DNA of 59,328 bases, counting the filler, from Sphacelaria rigidula (taxonomy: Eukaryota): NCBI GenBank assembly GCA_964200075.2. It is 8 parts of 8 records of this genome, joined end to end, with 100 filler letters (N's around TTAATTAATTAA, not from the genome) between each part and the next. Parts side by side here need not be neighbours in the genome. Positions count along the whole stretch, not along the records: positions 44,573 to 51,900 come from CAXNAA020015421.1; positions 52,001 to 59,328 come from CAXNAA020015422.1; 6 more parts are not named here. One strand, written 5' to 3'. Shown here one piece after another: positions 50,002 to 59,328 of this stretch; position 1 is the first letter of the stretch; every line of letters begins with the position of its first letter. The position numbers and the translations under genes were made by a program. The notes under the pieces were generated by a model. It saw only the letters and a list, made by a program, of their open reading frames with translations, was not told the origin of the DNA and searched no databases.

Positions 50002-50884
50002 GACCCATTTTTATGGCAACGAATCTCGATATTTTTGGGATCCCAATTTCGAAAAAATCGGGGGGCCTTAAATTCGTGGACTCAAAATCGGGGGGGGGCG
50101 TTTTATCGTACAGACAGTACAGCATCACAGATTTGTGAAACGGTTCTGTATACAGACGTTCATTTTCTGCATGAGTGTGGTACTGCGTACTCGTGCATGA
50201 AGCCGGAGAGCAGGCAGGCGGTAAACAATTTCTTCGGGTGCAGTGTCGTACCTTGATACCCTAAGGTGATATACAGTGCAGGACACTTCATCAGTACAGG
50301 ACATGATAATGCCGTGTAGTTGTACATGATGGCACAGCCGGTATTGCGAGAACAGAGAACAAACAGTGCGCGAGCAGAGTTCAGTAGTGCAGTGCCGTAC
50401 ATCACCCCTCAAGTACAGCGGCAACAAGCTAGGAGAGAACAGTAGCGTTCGGTAGTGGTAGGTATGGCAGCGCAGCGCAGCATAAAATATTGCTATCCCC
50501 GCAGGGTACGGCGTCAGCACTTATTATCGGCTTGTCAAACCCCGTGCGAAGTTGCTTCAGCAGCTGTGGCGGGCAGTAGGCACGCCCTGTCCTGACACGA
50601 AACTGCTTTCTGCTGCCGTTGCAAAAATATCAAACACCTCGTGCTCTACCTATTGTACGTCAATGAACGTACGTCACCATCCTCAAAATCGGGGGGAGTC
50701 ACGATCTCGGAGCGATTTCCCCCGATTTAAAAAAAAAATCGGGGGAAACCTTTCCGAGATCGTGACCCCCCGATTTTTTCGCTCCCGATTTGGTCCAAAT
50801 CCGTGTCCATACAGTGCGTTCCCCATTTTTTTTTCTCTCTGATCCTGAAAACATCGAGACTCTTGCTTGCCATAAAAGTGGGTC
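50002..50884. mobile_element. PIF/Harbinger-like element with ~40-bp TIRs
   Basis: GACCCATTTTTATGGCAA..GA.TCTCGAT.TTTT..GGATC at both ends, inverted. Flanks are TAA and TAC. Confidence 0.75.
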
Positions 50885-50893
50885 TACGACATA

Positions 50894-51246
50894 GCCTCTT
50901 AGATCCTGAAACTTCGCATTCGGGTGCTCTGAGACAAGGGCTGTGTGAATATGGGGTCTTTCGACTTGTTTTTTTTCGCCAGGTATCCGGGATCCCAGAC
51001 TGTCTGGTGCTCTGAGATATTTACAAGGGCTGTATGAACGGGGTCTTTCGATTTTTTTTTCACCAGATATTCGGGGTCCGAGATGTCTGGGACCCCCGAT
51101 ATCTGGCGAAAAAAACACCTCCAAAGGTCATACTATATACGTCTGGGACCCCGGATACCTGGTGAAAAAAACAAGTCGAAAGACCCCATTCACAGCCCTT
51201 GTAAATATCTCAGAGCACCCGCATGCGAAATTTCAGGGTCCAAGGC
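50894..51246. mobile_element. Fold-back MITE with an internal duplication
   Basis: TA-GCCT..TAGATCCTGAAACTTCGCATTCGGGTGCTCTGAGA...TCTCAGAGCACCCGCATGCGAAATTTCAGGGTCCAAGGC-TA. Confidence 0.72.
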
Positions 51247-51269
51247 TACTTTAAATGTATCTAAAAATG

Positions 51270-51592
51270 AAACTTGTTGAAAGTGCGTTTTTGGCCCTTG
51301 TCCGTCGTTTTCCTCCCGAAAAGAGGGCTAGGCGGATGTTTACACCTTGGAATGACTTGCTCTACTCGCTGAGGCCGTTTCAGAGCACCTTCGCGTTTTC
51401 CGTTCACCACGGTTTCGTTTTTGACCAGACTTGCATTTTCAATAAGAAACCGTCAATCAACGGAAATAATGTCAGTTTTCCCCCTGATTTTTGATTACTT
51501 GACCGTTTGTTATTAGAAATGCATGTTTAGCCAAAAACAGAACTGTTACCTACGAGAAACGCAAAGGTGCTATGAAACGGTCTCGGCGAGTA
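51270..51592. mobile_element. Copy of the 49528-49998 family, interrupted at TA by MITE copy E
   Basis: Aligns with 49555-49877 and stops at ...CGGTCTCGGCGAGTA. Confidence 0.75.
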
Positions 51593-51900
51593 CGAGCTGG
51601 GCCAGCGTAAAAGCTGCTAAAACTTGCTCACACCACAGCTTCCCCAGTTTCCCGAATGAACCCGATGTAAGAATATCACTGTGAACTGCTGACCCACCTG
51701 ATGACAAAGAACTGCACCACTGTTCGATTGGCGTCGTATTGCCGATGACGTTATTGTACTGCATAGAGTACAGGGTGGGTCTGATATCGTTGAGCGATAG
51801 CGTGTCGGAGTGCGTTTTTTTTTTTTTAATTTGGTGGGTTCACGTCATCAATCACTCCGCACTTTGGATTAGTAGGGTGCATCATCTTTTCGGAAAATTT
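51593..51900 (-). mobile_element. MITE family CGAGCTGGGCCAGC, copy E (cut by contig end)
   Basis: TA-CGAGCTGGGCCAGC end, aligns with 38813-39040. Confidence 0.75.
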
Positions 51901-52000
51901 NNNNNNNNNNNNNNNNNNNNNNNNNNNNNNNNNNNNNNNNNNNNTTAATTAATTAANNNNNNNNNNNNNNNNNNNNNNNNNNNNNNNNNNNNNNNNNNNN
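51901..52000. other. Artificial contig linker
   Basis: N44-TTAATTAATTAA-N44. Confidence 0.99.
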
Positions 52001-52060
52001 GAGTGAAAAAGGGATAGGGATAGGTAGAGAGGAGAAGAGAAAAAGAAATTATGGGAGATA

Positions 52061-52062
<2 letters not shown>

Positions 52063-52110
<48 letters not shown>
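52063..52110. repeat. (GA)n microsatellite
   Basis: Directly visible. Confidence 0.97.
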
Positions 52111-52117
<7 letters not shown>

Positions 52118-52140
52118 CTCGCCTGAAATATTACCCGTGC

Positions 52141-52405
52141 TCATGCACGGTGTGCGTAACGATGACTGGTGGCGGATACGCGGAAAGCCAAAAAATAATG
52201 GCGGTTCTCGTCCAAGGATAGTTTGTAAAGGAAGGCTTCATCTTTTTCCTCGCCGACGAAGCCCATTTCTTGGTGGACAAGGTGATCAACGTACAGGAGG
52301 CGGTCGGTGGTGAGTACGAGGTCCATGTGCGGATCACGGTCCAACTCGTCCCTGTCGACGAGGTATTGCTTTGAGAGCTTGGACCCGTTTCCAGGCTGGA
52401 CCAGT
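52141..52405 (-). CDS. Possible exon of an unknown protein (PH-like strand motif)
   Basis: A CAG acceptor at 52408-52406 precedes the open frame LVQPGNGSKLSKQYLVDRDELDRDPHMDLVLTTDRLLYVDHLVHQEMGF... with coding-like codon usage. The 3' boundary is uncertain. Confidence 0.4.
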
Positions 52406-55400
52406 CTGTATCCAGCAAATAATCATGATTTTTGGTGCGAGGATTCCTTCGGGCAAGGGGGTACCACCGATATTATCACCGTCATCATATTGATCTATCG
52501 AGAGATTCGGCGTTTTCAATATTTCGCACTATGTTCAGAATATTGCACTAAATGCACCAACAGTGGCTGCGAGAGTTGCGCTATGAAATTTGGTATGAAT
52601 TATCGTAGGACAAATATAGTATATTCTGAAGGTCAAGTTTTTTTTTTTTTCTAGAAGTTGAGGACGTTTTGGGGAAAAGTATATGTCGTTTTTTACCCCT
52701 CAACTCGTGAGTGAAAAATCAACTCAACGTGCAGAACATTGTCTATTCACGTTTTCCCGGCGATTCCTCGAACCAAAGTTCAATGCGCAACTTTCGTAAC
52801 AGGTGGAAAATCCACTTTCAAGCTGGTTGCTTCGATATTGGCGCGGCTTGTATGCTGCTACTGCAGTGAGGGCAGTCGGGTGCCCGTACTAGTAATTCAT
52901 TGAAACAAGCAAGTTATAGTCAACTGTCAATTGTCGAAACACCGTCGGATCGTGAATCCATCAACCGATCTACGAGCTAGATAACTGCTGCTGCTTCGTG
53001 CTCATTTTTTGCGCCGATCTATCCTATAGAAATCTTTGATTCATCGTCCTGTATACTGATGACGGACGGGGCGTTTTTCCATCTGTTTTGGTTCCTCACT
53101 CAGCTTTGTGCCCTTCCCGGTCTCGTGACGTCGGGTCGTATTCGGTCTACCTCGCAACAATGCAACAAACAAATAACGGGGCGTGTCCAGAACATGCGGA
53201 GGTGACTATTTCGCCTGCCTCTGACCTCCGCCATTCCACCTTCAGGGGAGGTGAAATCTCCCCGAAGGTACCTTTGGTGGGTGCCACCTCGTAACTTTGC
53301 TGACAACTTCGACCTCCAGTCGTCCCCACGCGATTAGTTTGATAAGTTTGTTCCCATTGTTCAGGATCCCCCGTTCTATCTTGGCCAACGTTTGAACCTC
53401 TTGAATCGGCTGTGATTTGTCCACCTTTGTCACTGACGGCCGTTGAGATACCAAAAACAGAAGGTTCTGTCCTCAAGCACAGATATACTCGAGTCAGTAT
53501 ATGTCAAGTCGAGGAAACGTGTAGAGCACGCACAAGCACGAAAGAATAATCGTCAACGAACAGTATGTCATCATGAAGCCGACATTTCGGGAGACGCCGT
53601 GCACTGCACTGCAGTACCGTGCGTTAACGCTAAGGTTGATCATCTGCGTAATGCACATGACCTAACACCGCGGTCACCAATGGGTGAAAAGCGTTGCCAC
53701 CCCCCAGGCACCGACATAGCCGTTCATCCGCGAAAGTTGTCGCCTCGAATGTAAGTTTTTACACCGAAACACAGATCGTAAATAACAGGTTCATTAGTTG
53801 CTGTGAATGGGGCTCACTGAAAAACATACACGCAAGAACGACACACAGCACCCGCAACCGGGAAACAGTCCAAGTTGCCGACCATCAGTTGTATGGTCAG
53901 GCATGCAAAACCCGCCAAAGTCCACGACAACAAACGGACGGAAAGTTGTAAAATATCCGAGAAAGCGACCGAATAATTACCACTCAACCAAGCATTATGT
54001 ATATGCTGTATAGGTGGCGCCAGCGACCACAGATACTCGACCCTTTGCTTCACCCTGTCCTGCCGTGAGTCTACTATAATACTACAGTAGCTCTCGATCA
54101 CAAATTGCCCTACTGCTACAATGATCCCTTTCCCTCTGTGGGTGACAGATGAGATTATTCAAAATCAGTATACCTGTACGAAGCAGTTTGACTCTCGATT
54201 ACCATTCACCCACGCCAACCTTAGATATATTATGGGACAGGAAAAAACTGACACACATACGAGTAGTTTCAAGTCCATCAATGTCCAATCATATTTGACA
54301 GGAAACCACTTACACATAAACGAGTAGTTTCACTTCCATCAGTGTCCTGTCCGGGCAATGTCTTCAGAAGAGAACAGCCAAAACCTCACGAAAAATACAA
54401 CAATCAAAATCTCACGAAGCACACGAAAAAACAGGGAAACGTGCCAGCACTATAAAACGCTCACCAGGCCAAGACGAATAAGCTACTCTCGGTACTCAAC
54501 ATCCACAAATTCATCCATACATCCATACATGCCAGTTACCCTTGCACAGCAAGGGCTGCTGCTCTCACCCCAACCACTGCCCTTCCAGCACTTAGATTCT
54601 GTGAGCGAAAACAGACGGAATTAAAGCAGGAACTCGTTTTCTTCATTGCGGCTCATTTATCCGCGCAGAATTCTCGAGCTCACCATACCATCAAAAGGTT
54701 TATCTCCGCGTATGCTCCAGCACAGAGCAAATCGAACGCGGATCTACTCCCCTCTCCCTTCCTCCCCCTGATTGTCTCCGGCGGGAACACGTTGACATAA
54801 CACTCAGGACAACAAGTGTACATACTTCGTTTCAGCAGGAAATCTCGAAATCCCTCTATTTTGCACCATCCTCGTCATCACTCCCCAAGAGGCTTGCATA
54901 CTCTATTCGGAGACCGTAAATCATCGTGTGCGTTCATTGCATTGAATCTACTGTATGTTGTAAACTTTCTTGGGTGTGTGTCAACGTGCCGCTGTCGCCC
55001 TGGCCGCGCCCCCTCCCCGCAGTACCCCCGGGCATGTGCAAGAGCCAACAATACTGACCGGGTTGCTGTCGAGCGGCGAAGGCAAACTGGGGTTCAAACG
55101 CACTACAGAGTCTACCCTAAATATAGACAAGATAAACATCATATAGCGAATTGAAATAAAAAAAGTCGAGTAGCAATGGATAGGCATCAACAGTCAGATA
55201 AAAAGGAAACTTTACAGACACCTAGAACACCTACCTACATCCGACCATCATCTCTACACAGGAAAATCGCTGCCATGCCCATCTCTCTCTCTGTTCCTAT
55301 ATCCATCGACTCCTACTCGGCACACAAGTTCAGCACCAACAGGGATGATATCGCATCATGCTGGCCATCTCGTAAAAGTGGGGAAGGATGGGGACGGGGG

Positions 55401-58005
55401 GCAGGAGTTACGCAAAAAAAGTGGCGACTGATGAAACGGGTGACTCTTGTGGACGCCTCCCCACAACGGCAAAAAAAAGACAGCCTCCGCATGTGAGTTG
55501 CTAAATCATGTGCATGAGAATGTACTGAAGCACACAACAAAAAACCCAGAGACAAGGCGGCGGCTACTGCAGCAGATTAACCGAGGTTTAGCGGTTTGAG
55601 GTCTTGGCCACTACAGACAGACCACCGGGACGTATTCCCCAGCCTCAGAATTTTACACACAGCAATAACGTATCGGCAAGGACGCTAGAACGACGCCCCG
55701 TGAAACTCTTTGGGGGGGGGGGGGGCTGCAGAAAAACAAATGCGAGCATATTATCTTCCACTACTAAATTGCGATACGGTACAGCTAAAGTGGGATAAGA
55801 TCGTCCCTCATCCCCACCCAGTCATCGAAACGCGCTGCTCTACGCATTAGTATAGACCGAAAGAACCGGGCACAGACATTTTCATGTCATGATGCACCTC
55901 TGCGCACAAAGGCACAGTAACCCCCCCCCCCCTCATGCCCTTCCCTTTCAAAGCATTTTGTCAGCCGACATGAGATCTTCTCTCACTCAGGGGAGGCCCG
56001 TGTTATGAGCAGCAATGTTTACCTGGACCAAAACCAACTTGTATCAGGGCTGGGTGACTACGGGGACCTCGATCCACCCTCCTCACATTACAAGGCATGG
56101 TCGTGTCACCCGAAACTTTCCTCTCGAACTCCCGCCCAACAAAAGCAATGGCACACATGAGGTCAAGAGGCACATCTACAGTGACTTGCGCAACCCAGCA
56201 CCCCTGGCACCACTTCATACTGTGGATAGCACCGCCTACCCTACCCTAAAGGTGACAACGCGTGACACCCGCACGCTAAATACCACCCACGTGTGGTGTG
56301 TGTTAGACAACCTTTAATTGAAGGCACCATATCGGTACCTACAGTACTGTACCGCAATACGTGGTATACCATCCCCGCATGATGGGTGTTCGAGTCCCAG
56401 AAACTCTTAGCGGTCAGGTGTTACTACTGTCACCTGCGGCAGACGATATGAGCGAAGGGGCGGGTCTTATGTATGTGCGTACTTCAGGTGTGCCCTAAAC
56501 AGCAGTCTCCTTCCCCACCCTCACCTACTGTCAAGAGACGAGTAGCAAAAAGCTGTACACCGCAAATACGGGAAGAAAAGCCCACATGTATACGTATACT
56601 ACACGACAGAACATGTCATCATCCTTTGATGAGGAAAGAAACAGCAGCGAGAAGTTCGTGGACACTCAAATACGGGAATGCAACGCTGCAGTATACAGTC
56701 AAGTATGCTTGTATTTATGAGTGTACATCATGAAAATATATCACTCACATCCCGCCTTTAGTGTGTGGAAAAATACGACACGATAGAAAACCACAGTCAA
56801 CCGTCACCCCACACATGAAAAAACCCAAGCGCCAACCATTATTCCACCATGATATTAGCGGAGGTTGAGAGGCTGGCGGCCAGTAAAAACGTTAAATTTT
56901 TAGAAACAAGCGGCAAACATCCGTTCGACCTAAAAAAACACACACAGGTATTCTGTCATCTCAAGATCAACATATCCAACGCAGGTATTTCATGTACGCA
57001 TCTCCACGTATATCGGAAAGTCACCACGGCGCGACCACCGACAGCACGCGGGACCAGCCGCCAATTTCTGCCTCGGAACTCCAAGACAGACATCACGGAG
57101 CAACTGATCGATTGTCGACTGAATGCGCAATACCGTTACGACTGCTGCGTCGTGCAAACGTATGGCGCTCACAGTTGCGCGCAAACCGTACTCATCAGTC
57201 CTCTGCGCTACCTATAGCCCCGAATACGGTCCGCTCTCCAACCTCTACCCCGCACCCAGATTAAAAGAAAAAAAGATACACGCCAACCACAACAGCAAGA
57301 GCGCGATGGCAACTTAGCCTAATTCTAAGGCCAAGAATCAGCAAAGCAAAGAACCATGTTCATCATGGTCTTGGGACCCAAAACAAATCCAAGGTCTGTC
57401 ACGACCTACCGCTGAACGTTTTCCAATCGCTGCGGATATGGCGCGCGAGCACCTAGCGCACAGTAGCCTGCGCACTTCGGCAAGGAATCACAACAGTACA
57501 CGAATGAACCCCATACGACGTCAACAGCACTGAAAATATGGCACAAGAGCCTTCAGCACTCACATACAGGGGACACAGTTACTCGACAACGACAGCGATA
57601 CCCATGAGGCGAAGTGGAGCATAAAATAATCATGTAGTCATCAGCATCACTCTTCTTCCTCACAGGTGGCAGAAACTCCACAGTACGTCCCTCCACGGAC
57701 CTCACACGCATGTTCACACAAACACACAAACTTTTCACAAAACCGGATAGCTTTGTGCGGGGAGACAACCGAACACGAAACATGTAATACGGGAGCAGCT
57801 GTCAGAAAATTCGACAAATGAAAACACCGACGCATTTGGACACCCTACTTGAGCCCTTAGCATCAAGACCCTCCCCCTACTCAAAGGAAGTAATAATCAC
57901 ACAAGCACCGCCCCCTCCGCGGTACAAAATAACTCACTTTTGATCGAAAACAATCACCCCTGGAAATTCCTTCCAACCTCAGGCCCGCCCCCCATGGCCG
58001 CCACA

Positions 58006-58360
58006 CTAGCGCCCTCTATCGCCCTCTATCGCCCCCTCCTCCCCTTCGGTCAAGGCAGTCAACGTGCCGCCATATTTCTGCACCCAGCCGGCATTGCCAC
58101 CAGTCCCGAGGTTCGCCATAATCCTCATATCCGCTCCGTCTTCTGCCTCATCACGGCGAGAGGGTAGCTCTTGAGTGCCCTCTAATTCCTCGCTCGATTC
58201 GCGGTCATCCTCCACATCTTCGTCCCAACCCCCGACCCATGCTGCTGCGGCCTGCTTGAGGTTCCCAACTGATACGGACGGGTTGGGGATATGCCTTCGC
58301 ACCCCCTTGCGGCCGTCAGTGTACCGCGTCGTCACCTGATGTCCGAATCGCACTACCCAC
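58006..58360 (-). CDS. Terminal exon of a DUSP-domain-containing protein (acidic low-complexity tail)
   Basis: ACACAG|G acceptor at 58361/58360. The phase matches the upstream exon (CG+G = Arg) and the frame is open to TAG at 58006. Confidence 0.68.
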
Positions 58361-58772
58361 CTGTGTGGAGCGCGGGGGTGTAGGGGTGTAGGGGTGGGGG
58401 GGGGGGGGGTACGGGGAAGAATCGATGATGTCAACTACCATCAAGATCAAGACAAGAATCACCCGACGCAACTTCGACAACAAACAAATGACTCTCTTCC
58501 GCTGTTCTCGTATAGATGTCTTGCCATATTCCATGATGGGATGTGCCGGGTTATAAAACAAACATTCTCGACATCATATCGGGGGTTGACATACTACGTA
58601 TCCAGGCAATAGTACTTCATCTACTGGTATGACGCTAAAAATAGCTGAAAATTCGTCACACGGGGGTGTTGTCCAGGGGGATGACATCTAGCGTACAAAT
58701 GGTATACACCGCATTCTACCGTAGACACATGTGGAGGAAACGTCTTACTCTCGCACAGACACGCGAACGCAC

Positions 58773-58925
58773 CGGTTGAGGTCTTCGACGGGCGGGCCAT
58801 CGACATAGATCGCTGGGCCACCTCCGTACAGACGCATCAACTGCTCCCAGCACTCCGGCCCCACCCTCCTGTAGTCGCCGGCCTGTTTGCCCAGTGCCAG
58901 CGTCAGTCCCTCGTATGGCTTGTGC
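58773..58925 (-). CDS. Internal exon encoding the C-terminal part of a DUSP domain (domain found in ubiquitin-specific proteases)
   Basis: TGCAG acceptor and GTGCG donor bound 153 nt translating HKPYEGLTLALGKQAGDYRRVGPECWEQLMRLYGGGPAIYVDGPPVEDLN, which carries the DY..V...W..L...YGGGP.I signature. Confidence 0.8.
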
Positions 58926-58955
58926 CTGCATCCAGCAAAACAAAAACGGTCTCAT

Positions 58956-58956
<1 letters not shown>

Positions 58957-58986
<30 letters not shown>

Positions 58987-59030
58987 CTAATTATCCCACA
59001 TAAGCTGAATGCAACAATCCAGCCCGTGCT
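58957..59030 (-). repeat. (CAAT)n tract with a retroposon-like 3' end, intronic
   Basis: Minus strand CACGGGCTGGAT...CAGCTTATGTGGGA...(CAAT)n resembles 34296-34345. Confidence 0.55.
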
Positions 59031-59234
59031 CAGGAGCGGCAAAAAAATCATCAACGATGCCTGGCGAAAAAGAGATTCGACGTCCGTTTTACAAGTGTCC
59101 ACAACAGCGTAGACTGAGATTTGTTTTTGTTGCTGGTTACTGCATTGTATATTCTGCGCGAGGAGTCCCCGAAACTACACAAGAAAAAAACAAATGATCA
59201 CCCGCCACATTTCTCAACACCACCACCACTAGCT

Positions 59235-59328
59235 GGGGGGAAGGGGGGGGGGGGGGCTCCTCATTTGTGTCTTTTCTTAGTCGTTGGACCATTCACCCCC
59301 CATCCTTTTCGGGCGGAACCACCGTCCC
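59235..59328 (-). mobile_element. LINE 3' end abutting a C-run (noisy contig end)
   Basis: G-run followed by CTCCTCATTTGT..CTT..CTTAGTCGTT.GACCATT.ACC...CATCC.TTTCG aligns with 15961-16034. Confidence 0.75.

Noticed and set aside
53088-57950. Numerous short ORFs downstream of the DUSP gene
   Set aside because: No motifs or consistent exon structure. The region looks like 3' UTR, intron or intergenic sequence.

Overview
This is eukaryotic, repeat-rich DNA, and not one continuous locus. It consists of eight unrelated contigs of 7329, 7329, 7329, 7329, 7328, 7328, 7328 and 7328 bp, joined by identical 100-bp N44-TTAATTAATTAA-N44 linkers, which looks like a size-sorted concatenation of unplaced contigs. 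Repeat style, GT-AG exons and a poly-Q exon suggest a brown alga or related stramenopile (inference only). Most of the sequence is transposon debris. There are two tandem degenerate APE-RT LINE copies and several short 3' ends of the same LINE, a deleted DD39D-type mariner, Copia-like relics, and many MITE families (TA-flanked with a tRNA-like cassette, PIF/Harbinger-like, piggyBac-like). Host-gene pieces are a first exon of an SLC35B/UAA-type transporter, a Q-rich exon, two terminal exons of a DUSP-domain protein and one possible further exon. The most notable observations are: (1) a LINE whose 3' end always abuts a C-run, with target-site duplications that begin with that run; (2) two spacerless 80-bp palindromes with compensatory substitutions capping a perfect inverted repeat; (3) a diverged array with a strict 29-bp period around a palindromic core; (4) a tRNA-Trp-like Pol III cassette inside a TIR MITE family. 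No prokaryotic operon, rRNA, intact tRNA or CRISPR-Cas locus is supported.
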